From positions 96,001-160,000 of the forward strand of contig JAWVXD010000001.1 of assembly GCA_033723415.1 (NCBI GenBank): a stretch of 64,000 nt of DNA, in the 5' to 3' direction. This DNA comes from Sulfurospirillaceae bacterium (GTDB lineage Bacteria; Campylobacterota; Campylobacteria; Campylobacterales; Sulfurospirillaceae). The notes under the pieces are model-generated. The model searched no databases and was not told the origin of the DNA. It worked only from the letters and a program-made list of their open reading frames with translations. Every line of letters starts with the position of its first letter. The first letter of the stretch is position 1. Positions 19,926 through 29,537 of this stretch are shown here, piece by piece. The position numbers and the translations under genes are program-made.

Positions 19926-20828
19926 TTATTTTCTTATTTTAATGTAGACTCTTTTTGGAGCAGGATAGCCTTCTATAGTTAGGTCATCGTTTTCAGGATC
20001 AAGGAAGTTTTCTAAGCTTTCTCCTTCTATCCATTCTGTTTTTCTTTGTTCATTCAGATTTGTCTTTTTTATGCATAAAACTTCAAAATCTTTGAATCCA
20101 GCTCTTGTACACCAATTTTTAAGTGCATTAACTGTCGGTATAAAATAAATATTTGGAATTTTTGAGTATCTTCCTTCAGGTGTTAAACAAACAGCTTCGT
20201 CTCCGTCTATCATAAAAGTATCCAAGATGACTTCACCGTCTTTGTTCAACCCTTTGTTTAAAGCTTTGAGTGAGCTGATAGGATCACTTCTGTGGTATAA
20301 AACTCCAAGGCAGAAAATCAAATCAAATTTATTTTCATAATATGGAAGATGTTCTATACCTAAAAGTTCAAAGATTATAGGGGACTTTATGAAATGATTT
20401 ATAAAATCAAACTGAGTTTTATAGTGAATTGATGGATCAAAGCCAACTAATTTCTTTGGCTTATGAGTCAACATTCTAAAAAGATAGTAACCGTTGTTAC
20501 ATCCTATGTCGGCTACACATTTGTCTTTTAAGTCAAAATACGGTTCCAAAATATTGTATTTTATATTACTTTGCCATTCGCTGTCTATGTAAGTTCCAAA
20601 AACATCAAACGGACCTTTTCTCCAAGGCCTGAGTTGCCATGCTAGATCACTGATCTTCTCTTTTACATTCTTGTCTAAATTGTAATTTTCCAATTTGACG
20701 ACATCTTGCAGACTGATATGAGTATCTTTTATATCAGGCAGTTTTTGAAGATCTTCTCTGAGAGGTTTTATGTCTTTCCATTCGTACCATTTTAGTCTGT
20801 CACATCTTATTTTGCTTAAATCAATCAA
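19926..20828 (-). CDS. cmoB: tRNA U34 carboxymethyltransferase
   Basis: PWRKGPF, IDSEWQS, DIGCNNGY, GVLYHR, RYSKIPN, TIEGYPAP. Confidence 0.95.
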   Translation of the reverse strand: MIDLSKIRCDRLKWYEWKDIKPLREDLQKLPDIKDTHISLQDVVKLENYNLDKNVKEKISDLAWQLRPWRKGPFDVFGTYIDSEWQSNIKYNILEPYFDLKDKCVADIGCNNGYYLFRMLTHKPKKLVGFDPSIHYKTQFDFINHFIKSPIIFELLGIEHLPYYENKFDLIFCLGVLYHRSDPISSLKALNKGLNKDGEVILDTFMIDGDEAVCLTPEGRYSKIPNIYFIPTVNALKNWCTRAGFKDFEVLCIKKTNLNEQRKTEWIEGESLENFLDPENDDLTIEGYPAPKRVYIKIRK

Positions 20829-21034
20829 TCGGCTATTGCCTTGTAAGTTTTTTTAATATCTTTTTTGACACCTTTATATTCGATCAAATTTTTATCGCAG
20901 TCTTTATGATAAATACCCATGCCGTCATAATATTCATGACATTCATTGTAGTATTGAGTCGAGATGCCTCTATTATTGACATATATGCATCCGCTAAAAA
21001 AAAGTGCTATAATTGCTATTAATGCTATTTTCAT
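20825..21034 (-). CDS. Small lipoprotein
   Basis: MKIALIA...FSGC lipobox; C..YYD..G.YH..C. Start reassigned to 21034. Confidence 0.7.
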   Translation of the reverse strand: MKIALIAIIALFFSGCIYVNNRGISTQYYNECHEYYDGMGIYHKDCDKNLIEYKGVKKDIKKTYKAIAD

Positions 21035-21098
21035 GAGATTATGATAGCATTTCATTCATAATAATGTACTTAAAAAAGTTTGTGCCGGAGGATTGATA

Positions 21099-21656
21099 AT
21101 GTCAGTAGTTTTGATTGTGATTTTGGTTCTTATAGCCTTGTTAGTTCTAATGTACAATTCTTTAGTCGCCAAGAAAAATCAAGTTGACAATATTTTTGCA
21201 AGTGTTGATGTCATGTTAAAAAAAAGATATGATCTGATCCCGAATTTGGTTGCAAGCGTCGGTGAGTATATGGAACATGAAAAAAGTATTTTAGAAGAGA
21301 TAACTACATTAAGATCATCGGCGAATAAAAGAAACCTTAGTGATGAAGAAAAAATTGATTTAGATGCAAAAGTTACTCAAACGCTTAAGTCTATTATGGT
21401 TGCGGTTGAAAATTATCCAAATCTAAAAGCAAATGAAAATGTTTTGCATCTTCAGCGCTCTTTAAATGAGATAGAAGAGCAGATTTCAGCAGCTAGACGG
21501 GCATACAATCAAGCCGTAACTGACTACAACAATGCTTTAGAGATGATCCCTACGAATTTTATGGCTTCTATGATGCATTACAGCCGTAAAAAACTGTTTG
21601 TAACAAGAGAAGAAGAAAGAAAAAACGTGGATGTAAGAAAAATATTTGATAAATGA
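21099..21656 (+). CDS. lemA: LemA family protein
   Basis: TM helix then YNSLV, KRYDLIPNLV, VENYPNLKAN, ARRAYN. Confidence 0.92.
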   Translation: MSVVLIVILVLIALLVLMYNSLVAKKNQVDNIFASVDVMLKKRYDLIPNLVASVGEYMEHEKSILEEITTLRSSANKRNLSDEEKIDLDAKVTQTLKSIMVAVENYPNLKANENVLHLQRSLNEIEEQISAARRAYNQAVTDYNNALEMIPTNFMASMMHYSRKKLFVTREEERKNVDVRKIFDK

Positions 21657-22597
21657 AAAGCATTAGCGAGCTGACAGAGTTTTATTATCATAATCTTTAC
21701 CCTGTATTGGTTGAATTGGATAAAAAAAGAGAGAGTATAAAATTTAGAATTATACTGGCCGTATGCGGTATTGGATTGTTTGATTTCATCTTTTTAACTT
21801 ATATGAATGATGAGATTTATTGGCTGATAGTTGTAAATATAATTATTTTGTCGATCATATATAAGTACTTGACACGTGATTATAAACAGGAGTTTAAAGA
21901 CAGTGTGATTGCACCTCTTGTTGTCGAAATAGACAAGAATTTAAGCTATATGAAAAATGCATATATTGACAAAAAGTCGTTTGAACGATCAAAAATTTTC
22001 ACTTTGCCTCCTGATAAATTAAGCGGTAATGACTATATCCATGGAACTATAGATGGCGTAAAAATCGAGTTTTCAGATATATATGCACAGAAAAAAGAGA
22101 CAAACTCCAAGGGAGAAACAAATTGGAAGACAATATTTCAAGGGCTTTTTATAGTCTCTCAGTTTAATAAAAATTTTAAGGCAGAAACAGTTGTCCTGCC
22201 TGATGGGGCACAAAGCTCCTTTGGCTCGCTGATCGGAGGATGGTTGCAAGCTCATAATATGAATAGAGATGAATTAGTAAAGATGGACAGCATTGAATTT
22301 GAGAAGCAATTTGTCGTTTATTCTAGCGATCAAATAGAAGCCAGATATATACTTACAAATTCATTGATGGATAGACTGCTTACTTTTCAAAGAAAGTCAA
22401 AGCACAGATTATCGGTATCTTTTGTAAATTCACAGATATATATGGCTATAGAATATGGGAAAGATTTGTTTGAGCCGACTATTTTTAATTCACTTTTAAA
22501 ATATAAAACGGCACTAGAATATATATATACTCTTCATTTGGCTGTAGGTATAGTCGAAGAGTTAAAATTAAATGAAAAATTATGGAGTAAAACTTGA
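21653..22597 (+). CDS. DUF3137-like membrane protein
   Basis: Two N-terminal TM helices, TIFQGLF, FEKQFVVYSSDQIEARYILT; next to lemA. Confidence 0.75.
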   Translation: MKSISELTEFYYHNLYPVLVELDKKRESIKFRIILAVCGIGLFDFIFLTYMNDEIYWLIVVNIIILSIIYKYLTRDYKQEFKDSVIAPLVVEIDKNLSYMKNAYIDKKSFERSKIFTLPPDKLSGNDYIHGTIDGVKIEFSDIYAQKKETNSKGETNWKTIFQGLFIVSQFNKNFKAETVVLPDGAQSSFGSLIGGWLQAHNMNRDELVKMDSIEFEKQFVVYSSDQIEARYILTNSLMDRLLTFQRKSKHRLSVSFVNSQIYMAIEYGKDLFEPTIFNSLLKYKTALEYIYTLHLAVGIVEELKLNEKLWSKT

Positions 22598-23379
22598 AGA
22601 ATAATTTATTTGAATTAAGCGTTAGAGATTTTTTGAGTCCAAAAATGTTAAAGTATGCGATTTTGCCTTTTATCATAACTTTGGTTGTCATGTATATAAT
22701 ATTTTTTGGCGTAGCCGGTGTGGGATTGGATCAGTTGCACACGACTTTTGATGTGCAGACAACACAGACTACGATTAATAACGGAGTAGCTCATACAAAT
22801 AATTTTACTGCACATCTGCAAAATTCTTCCATTATAAAATTTTTGATGCAGTATGCACTAACTTCTTGGCTAGCTGCATTTTTAGTCTATGCTATAGGAG
22901 GATTTTTCGTACTTTATCTTTCTATTTTTGTCGCTATTCTTGTGCTTGGTTTTATGACTCCTTTTGTGTTAAAAGAACTTCAGCACAGGCATTATAGAGA
23001 TGTTGAGATGATAGGGTATTCTAATTTATTTGAGGGAATATTTTTGATAATCAAGTGGTCTGTTGTCATGATGCTGCTTTTTATCGTATTTATCCCGCTT
23101 TATTTTTTCCCGCTCATAAATATAATAGCTCTTAATTTTCCGTTATATTATTTTTTTCATAAAATGATGATGTACGATATATCCTCTCATATAGCAACTA
23201 GAGAAGAAGAGCGACAAATTAGATACTTCAAAAAAAATTCCTTAAGAGCAAAGACTTTGATACTGTATATTATATCTCTGGTCCCTTTTGCGATATTTTT
23301 TGGCGCAATATTTTATGTTATATATCTTGGGAATACGTATTTTGTCGAAGTAAAAAAAATCAGAAATAAGGAAATATAA
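22594..23379 (+). CDS. EI24/CysZ-like membrane protein
   Basis: Multi-TM, FMTP..HY, IPLYFFP, FFHK..YD. Confidence 0.65.
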   Translation: MKNNLFELSVRDFLSPKMLKYAILPFIITLVVMYIIFFGVAGVGLDQLHTTFDVQTTQTTINNGVAHTNNFTAHLQNSSIIKFLMQYALTSWLAAFLVYAIGGFFVLYLSIFVAILVLGFMTPFVLKELQHRHYRDVEMIGYSNLFEGIFLIIKWSVVMMLLFIVFIPLYFFPLINIIALNFPLYYFFHKMMMYDISSHIATREEERQIRYFKKNSLRAKTLILYIISLVPFAIFFGAIFYVIYLGNTYFVEVKKIRNKEI

Positions 23380-23381
23380 AA

Positions 23382-24659
23382 ATGAAAAGTACCCTTGAGT
23401 ATTTTGAAGAAATATCAAAAATTCCACGATGCAGTTATGAGGCAGAAAAAATGCAAGAATTTTTGGTACTAGAAGCAAAAAAACTTCATTATGATGTAGA
23501 AATAGACAGTTTTGGCAATATATTGTGCAAAAAAGGAAAACCAAAGATCTGTTTGCAATCACACTATGACATGGTATGTCTAGGAGATGCTCCAAATATA
23601 GAGTTGGTTAAAGAGAACAATATTTTAAAAACAAAGAATTCTACTCTGGGCGCAGACAATGGCATAGGAGTTTCTATCATGCTTTATTGTATGCAAAAAT
23701 ATAATGATCTAGAGTGCTTGTTTACTTCTGATGAAGAAGTGGGATTGATAGGGGCAACAAATCTAAAGCTTCGTATTGATGCACCAAACATCTTAAATCT
23801 AGACGGAGAAGATGAAAAGGAAATATATACAGGCTGTGCGGGAGGTACCGACATGCAGGCGCTTCTTGAGTTAGAATATGAAAGTCTTCCTTTGGAGGCA
23901 AAAGTCTATAAGGCACAAGTCATAGGTCTGCGTGGTGGGCACAGCGGTATTGATATAGATAAAAATATAGCTTCAAGTGCAAAGGTAATATCAAAATTTT
24001 TATCCAAATTTGATTGTGATTTGATCGAATTGAGCGCAGGAGAGAGAAGAAACTCCATAGCCAAAGGAGCTACTGCGATATTCACAAGTGAAGATATCAT
24101 AGAGAGTGATGATGATCATGTGGTAGTTGAGCGTGTGCAAAACATATACTCTAAGAAAATAAAAAATTCAAATAAGATAATAGACTCCCTTCATGCATTT
24201 TCACAAGGTGTAAGAAGCTGGAATAAAGAGTATGGTATACCTGATAACAGTGCAAATATAGGGATAGTTGAAACAAAAGACGATATGGCAAAGATTATAA
24301 TTTCATTGAGATTTATGGATGATCTAAGAGGAGATGAACTCTCTAGTGAGACAGAGGCATTCTTTAAAGTCTGTGGATTTTCAACTGCGATACTTTCATC
24401 TCACGGAGCTTGGACACCAAATGTCGGAGATTTTTCAAATAGAGTAAAAAACACCATCTCAAAATATGTTCCGAATGCAGAGTTTAAAGCTATCCATGCA
24501 GGGCTTGAATGCGGCATTTTAATAAGTACTCAAAAGGAAGAAAAAGAGGCGATTTCTATAGGTCCCATCATAAGATCCCCTCACTCAATAAGAGAAGAGT
24601 GTGATTTGGATTCTGTTGAGAGAATACGCAGTGCGGTAGAAGAGATTATCTCGCTTTAA
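23382..24659 (+). CDS. pepD: Aminoacyl-histidine dipeptidase (M20C)
   Basis: LQSHYDMV, LGADNGIG, DEEVGL, GGHSG, HAGLECG. Confidence 0.9.
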   Translation: MKSTLEYFEEISKIPRCSYEAEKMQEFLVLEAKKLHYDVEIDSFGNILCKKGKPKICLQSHYDMVCLGDAPNIELVKENNILKTKNSTLGADNGIGVSIMLYCMQKYNDLECLFTSDEEVGLIGATNLKLRIDAPNILNLDGEDEKEIYTGCAGGTDMQALLELEYESLPLEAKVYKAQVIGLRGGHSGIDIDKNIASSAKVISKFLSKFDCDLIELSAGERRNSIAKGATAIFTSEDIIESDDDHVVVERVQNIYSKKIKNSNKIIDSLHAFSQGVRSWNKEYGIPDNSANIGIVETKDDMAKIIISLRFMDDLRGDELSSETEAFFKVCGFSTAILSSHGAWTPNVGDFSNRVKNTISKYVPNAEFKAIHAGLECGILISTQKEEKEAISIGPIIRSPHSIREECDLDSVERIRSAVEEIISL

Positions 24660-25290
24660 ATCCCTCTTTGCTTTTACAGTAGTCGATCAAGATACACTCA
24701 TCGCATTTTGGATTTTTGGCAGTGCATACATATCTGCCGAACAAAACCATGGCTTGATGAAGTACATGAAGATTGTCTTTGAAGATCTTTGTGAGATCGA
24801 CTTCTGTTTTTATCGCGGTTTCAGCTTTGCTAAGTCCTAATCTGTGAGCAACTCTAAAAACATGGGTATCCACTGCCATCAAGTTTGCATTGGCATATTC
24901 TATCATGACTACATGAGCTGTTTTTTGACCGACTCCTGCGAGAGTAATCAGTTTTTTTTCATCAAGAGGGATAACACCATCAAAGTTATCTATGACGCTT
25001 TTTGCCATATTTATTATATTTTTAGCCTTGTTGTTAAAAAATGAACATGACTTAATTATCTCTTTTACATCATCAAGGTCCGCAGCAGCCAGCTCTTTTA
25101 CGCTTGGATATTTTTTAAAAAGAGCAGGTGTGATCATATTGACTCTTTTATCCGTGCATTGAGCTGAGAGTATTACAGAGATCAATAGTTCATACAGGTT
25201 TTCATATCTTAATTCCGTTACTGCATTTTCATAATTTTCTAAAAAAATTTCTTTAATTTTTTGGGCTTCATTTTTGGTTGTCTTTTTCAT
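24646..25290 (-). CDS. nth: Endonuclease III
   Basis: LSAQCTDKRVN, GVGQKTA, VDTHV and the Fe-S motif C-x6-C-x2-C-x5-C. Confidence 0.96.
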   Translation of the reverse strand: MKKTTKNEAQKIKEIFLENYENAVTELRYENLYELLISVILSAQCTDKRVNMITPALFKKYPSVKELAAADLDDVKEIIKSCSFFNNKAKNIINMAKSVIDNFDGVIPLDEKKLITLAGVGQKTAHVVMIEYANANLMAVDTHVFRVAHRLGLSKAETAIKTEVDLTKIFKDNLHVLHQAMVLFGRYVCTAKNPKCDECILIDYCKSKEGFKAR

Positions 25291-25391
25291 GACGGGTATT
25301 TTATAGAAATTGGAATTAAAAGAAGATTTATTAATTATTTAAAATAATAGAGTATAATTTACCCCGTAAAATAAATTTAAAAAGGACTTAG

Positions 25392-26204
25392 ATGAAGAAG
25401 ATAATATTTGCAAGTTTTATTGCTATTTTGTTTGGTGTTAGCTTGAATGCTACAGTTTATGCAACAGTTAATGGGAAAGACATAACAGATCAAGATTTGA
25501 AAGTACTACTAAGAGCAATGCCTGGAGTTACATATGAGCAACTTCCTCCAACAACTCAAAAGAAAGTAGTAGAACAAGCTATAGAGAGAGAACTTTTGGC
25601 AAGCAATGCAGTTAAATCAGGCATAGAAAACGATCCTGAATTTAAAAGTGCATTAGTTAAGATTAAGAGTGATCTAGCTTTGGAACTTTGGATGAAAAAA
25701 GAGTATGCACAAATAAAAGTTGATGAAAAATCTATCAAAGATTATTTCAATAAAAATGCCGACAAATTTGTAAAACCGTCTCGTGCAAAAGCAAGACATA
25801 TCCTTTTAAAAACAGAAAAAGATGCTGAAGCAGTTATAAATCAACTTAAAAACTTGAAAGGTGACGCTCTAACTAAAAAATTTATAGAATTAGCAAAAAC
25901 AAAATCAACAGGTCCAAGTGCAAAAGAGGGTGGAGAACTTGGCTGGTTTGACAAAGGCAGAATGGTAAAACCATTTAGCGATGCTGCATTTGCATTAAAC
26001 GTTGGAACTATTACTCTAAAACCTGTACATACACAATTTGGTTACCATGTTATCTTGCTAGAAAACAAAGAAGTAGGTAAAAAAGCTACTTTGGCTGAAA
26101 TGAAACCTAAAATTGAATATGCATTGAAAATGGATAAATTTAGAAAAAAAGTATCAAATATCGCAATCGGACTTAAAAAAGGCGCTAAGATAACAATTAA
26201 ATAA
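25392..26204 (+). CDS. Periplasmic parvulin-type PPIase (Peb4/Cbf2-like)
   Basis: Signal peptide, ARHILL, GGELGWF, MVKPF, FGYHVI; upstream of fbaA. Confidence 0.88.
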   Translation: MKKIIFASFIAILFGVSLNATVYATVNGKDITDQDLKVLLRAMPGVTYEQLPPTTQKKVVEQAIERELLASNAVKSGIENDPEFKSALVKIKSDLALELWMKKEYAQIKVDEKSIKDYFNKNADKFVKPSRAKARHILLKTEKDAEAVINQLKNLKGDALTKKFIELAKTKSTGPSAKEGGELGWFDKGRMVKPFSDAAFALNVGTITLKPVHTQFGYHVILLENKEVGKKATLAEMKPKIEYALKMDKFRKKVSNIAIGLKKGAKITIK

Positions 26205-26215
26205 AGGGCTATTTA

Positions 26216-27292
26216 ATGCAAGGTAAAAAAATATTTGATTTTGTGAAACCAGGGGTTGTTTTTGGTGATGATTTGCAAAAGATTTATGAGATAGCAAAGG
26301 CAAATTCCTTTGCTATCCCTGCTGTAAATGTTGTTGGCACAAATTCTGTAAACGCTGTGATGGAAGCAGCAAAAAATGTTAATTCTCCCGTTATTATTCA
26401 ATTTTCTAACGGAGGAGCAAGTTACTATGCCGGCAAAGGCATCAATGCAAAAGTCTCAGGTGTCTTGGGTGCCATTAGCGGAGCTTTACATGTTCATACT
26501 TTAGCGCAAGCTTATGGAGTGCCTGTTATTTTGCATACAGATCATGCGGCAAAAAAACTTTTACCATGGATAGATGAACTTTTAAGTGCAGGCGAGAAGT
26601 ATTTTAAAGAACATGGGAAACCACTTTTCAGCTCTCATATGCTTGATCTATCTGAAGAGAGTTTGGAAGAAAATGTGTCAATTTGTAAAGATTATCTCAA
26701 GCGTATGAGTGCAATCGGTATGTCTATCGAGATAGAACTTGGCTGTACAGGAGGAGAAGAAGACGGTGTTGATAATACCCATCTAGACAACTCTTCTTTG
26801 TATACGCAGCCAGAAGATGTGGCATATGCGTACAAAGAGCTTATGGAAGTGAGTGATAAATTTACAATTGCCGCATCTTTTGGCAATGTACATGGCGTTT
26901 ATAAGCCCGGTAACGTAAAACTTACTCCAAAAATCTTGGATAATTCACAAAAATTCATACAAGAAAAATTTGGTACAAAAAATATGCCCGTAAGTTTTGT
27001 ATTTCACGGCGGTAGCGGAAGTGATCCGGATGATATACAAGAAGCCATATCTTACGGTGTTGTAAAGATGAATATAGATACAGATACTCAATGGGCTTTT
27101 TGGAATGGAACAAAAGGTTACATTGAACAAAATATTGATTATCTTCAATCCCAAATTGGAAATCCTGACGGCGATGATAAGCCGAATAAAAAATATTATG
27201 ATCCTAGAGTTTGGTTGAGAGCCGGTGAGATAGGCGTTATTGAGCGCCTTGAGACTGCTTTTAACAATCTAAACTGCTTGGATAGAAATTAG
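26216..27292 (+). CDS. fbaA: Fructose-bisphosphate aldolase class II
   Basis: HTDH, SHMLDLS, EIELGCTGGEEDG, GNVHGVY, VFHGGSG, KKYYDPR. Confidence 0.97.
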   Translation: MQGKKIFDFVKPGVVFGDDLQKIYEIAKANSFAIPAVNVVGTNSVNAVMEAAKNVNSPVIIQFSNGGASYYAGKGINAKVSGVLGAISGALHVHTLAQAYGVPVILHTDHAAKKLLPWIDELLSAGEKYFKEHGKPLFSSHMLDLSEESLEENVSICKDYLKRMSAIGMSIEIELGCTGGEEDGVDNTHLDNSSLYTQPEDVAYAYKELMEVSDKFTIAASFGNVHGVYKPGNVKLTPKILDNSQKFIQEKFGTKNMPVSFVFHGGSGSDPDDIQEAISYGVVKMNIDTDTQWAFWNGTKGYIEQNIDYLQSQIGNPDGDDKPNKKYYDPRVWLRAGEIGVIERLETAFNNLNCLDRN

Positions 27293-27293
27293 A

Positions 27294-27316
27294 AGTGAGC
27301 CTTTAAAAGGCTCACT
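27294..27316 (+). terminator. Hairpin after fbaA (terminator or stabiliser; no U-tract)
   Basis: AGTGAGCCTTT-A-AAAGGCTCACT. Confidence 0.45.
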
Positions 27317-27323
27317 AAAACTT

Positions 27324-28199
27324 ATGACATTTGCCTCTTCATTATTTGAAAAACGTTTTTTTGATCAAAGATTATTTTACATTAAAAGAGATGATCTGCT
27401 ACACCCGGATTTTTCGGGAAATAAAGCCAGAAAATTTGAGTATTTTTTAGCACACGATTTTCCAAAAATCAAAAGAGTCGTAAGTTACGGTTCAAACCAA
27501 TCCAATGCAATGTATTCTCTTTCCGTTTTGGCAAAGATGAAAAACTGGGAATTTGTATATTTTTGTGATCATATCCCGTCATTTTTAAAACAAAATCCTG
27601 TTGGAAATTATAAGTATGCATTACAAAACAAAATGAAAATGTTCGAATCTAAAAATAGGGAACATGAAGCACACTTGCTTGAAGATGAAACAACTTTGGT
27701 CATAGAAGAGGGCGGCAGACAAAAAGAAGCAGAGTTTGGTTTGAAAAATTTAGCTCAAGAGCTTTTGAAAGATATAGAGCGATTTAAAATAAATGATCCT
27801 TATATCTTCTTGCCATCAGGAACAGGCACTACAGCTTTGTTTTTGCAAAAACATCTCCCTTTCAATGTTTATACTTGCAGTACTGTCGGAGGAGATGATT
27901 ACTTGATTGATCAGTGGAAAATGGCAGATGAGGCTATTCATAAGTTTCCCCTTATCTTAAGCTCTGCTAAAAAGTACCACTATGGGAAACTTTACAAAGA
28001 AGCCTATGGGATTTGGGACAAATTAAAAACATCAATGGATGTCGAATTTGATTTGCTGTATGATCCTATTGGGTGGTTAAAGTTCTTAGAAAACATAGAT
28101 AGTATGGAGGGTACACCGATTTACATACATCAAGGCGGATTAAAGGGCAATGAATCAATGCAAGCAAGGTATGAGCGAAAGTATGGTAAAATTATCTAA
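27324..28199 (+). CDS. ACC deaminase / D-cysteine desulfhydrase family PLP enzyme
   Basis: KRDDL, GNKARK, QSNAM, SGTGTT, FDLLYD, HQGG. Confidence 0.8.
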   Translation: MTFASSLFEKRFFDQRLFYIKRDDLLHPDFSGNKARKFEYFLAHDFPKIKRVVSYGSNQSNAMYSLSVLAKMKNWEFVYFCDHIPSFLKQNPVGNYKYALQNKMKMFESKNREHEAHLLEDETTLVIEEGGRQKEAEFGLKNLAQELLKDIERFKINDPYIFLPSGTGTTALFLQKHLPFNVYTCSTVGGDDYLIDQWKMADEAIHKFPLILSSAKKYHYGKLYKEAYGIWDKLKTSMDVEFDLLYDPIGWLKFLENIDSMEGTPIYIHQGGLKGNESMQARYERKYGKII

Positions 28200-28218
28200 A
28201 GAATTACGAGGAATTTAG

Positions 28219-29505
28219 ATGCAGATATTAAAAACAAATGATAAAAACTTTAGCACAGAATTTGAAAAACTTCTTGGACGCGGTAAGATGGATATGGAAC
28301 AAGTTTCCAAAATTGTCACCGGTATTATAGATGAAATCAAAAAAGATGGTAATGAAGCTCTCAAAAATCACATTAAAAAATTTGATAATTGGGAAGTTAA
28401 AAGCGATAAAGAACTTGAAATTTGTGTTGATGATATGAAAAAAGCTTTTGATTCACTTGATATTGAATTAAAAAAATCTCTACAACTTGCATATGAGCGT
28501 ATAAAAGCGTACCACCAAAAACTTATGCCAAGTACTTGGATGGAAAAAGATAAATACGGTTCGGTATTAGGGCAAAAGATTACAGCCGTAGATAAAGCCG
28601 GTCTTTATATCCCCGGCGGCAAAGCAGCCTATCCAAGTTCGCTTCTCATGAATGCGATCCCGGCTATAGTCGCGGGAGTCGAAGAGATCGTGGTCTGTAC
28701 TCCGGCACCTGGCAATGAGCTCAATTCTCTTCTTTTGGCAGCGATGCACTTGTGCGGCATCCAAAAAGCTTTTAAAGTAGGCGGAGCGAGTGCAATAGCA
28801 GCCATGGCGTATGGTACGCAGAGCATCCCAAAAGTAGATGTGATCACTGGACCCGGCAATATCTTTGTAGCAACCGCTAAAAAGCTAGTTTACGGTGAAG
28901 TGAATATCGACATGATCGCAGGACCAAGTGAGATCGGCGTACTAGCAGATGAGAGTGCCGATGCAAATTTACTAGCGATCGATCTCTTAAGTCAAGCCGA
29001 ACATGACGAGATGGCAAGCTCGATCCTCATCACTACCAGTGAAAATATTGCAACTCAAACGATCAAAGAGATCGAAAACTGGCTCGGAAAACTAGGTAGA
29101 GAAAAGATAGCCAGAACTTCGATAGAAAACAGAGGTGCTATCATCATAACCAAAGATATGGATGAAGCCATCACGCTTATGAACGAGATAGCCCCAGAAC
29201 ACTTGGAAGTGATGTGTGAAAATCCTATGGACTTTTTACCTCAAATCAAACACGCAGGAGCGATATTTTTGGGACGCTATACCCCAGAACCTATAGGAGA
29301 TTACATAGCAGGACCGAATCACACCTTACCTACAGGTGGAACTGCGAAGTTTTACTCACCGCTAAGCGTAGATAACTTCATAAAAAAATCTTCTATAATC
29401 TCAATGAGCGAAGAGGGCATAAAAAGAATAGGCAAAGAGTGTGAGATGTTAGCAAAAGCTGAAGGCTTAGGAGCACACGCTGCTTCTGTTAGAGAAAGAT
29501 TATAA
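28219..29505 (+). CDS. hisD: Histidinol dehydrogenase
   Basis: GLYIPGGKA.YPSS, GPGN, IDMIAGPSE, SQAEHD, APEHL, GPNHTLPT. Confidence 0.97.
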   Translation: MQILKTNDKNFSTEFEKLLGRGKMDMEQVSKIVTGIIDEIKKDGNEALKNHIKKFDNWEVKSDKELEICVDDMKKAFDSLDIELKKSLQLAYERIKAYHQKLMPSTWMEKDKYGSVLGQKITAVDKAGLYIPGGKAAYPSSLLMNAIPAIVAGVEEIVVCTPAPGNELNSLLLAAMHLCGIQKAFKVGGASAIAAMAYGTQSIPKVDVITGPGNIFVATAKKLVYGEVNIDMIAGPSEIGVLADESADANLLAIDLLSQAEHDEMASSILITTSENIATQTIKEIENWLGKLGREKIARTSIENRGAIIITKDMDEAITLMNEIAPEHLEVMCENPMDFLPQIKHAGAIFLGRYTPEPIGDYIAGPNHTLPTGGTAKFYSPLSVDNFIKKSSIISMSEEGIKRIGKECEMLAKAEGLGAHAASVRERL

Positions 29506-29537
29506 ATATATAATTTGAAAAGGCTTGGATTCTATAT

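Noticed and set aside
24646..24659. Convergent 3' overlaps (pepD/nth; also bioV/lutC at 38226-38233)
   Set aside because: Short overlaps are routine in compact Campylobacterota genomes.
28560..29400. Higher-GC stretch in hisD suggesting mosaicism
   Set aside because: It coincides with the Gly/Ala/Pro-rich conserved core, and cannot be separated from amino-acid composition without a GC3 analysis.
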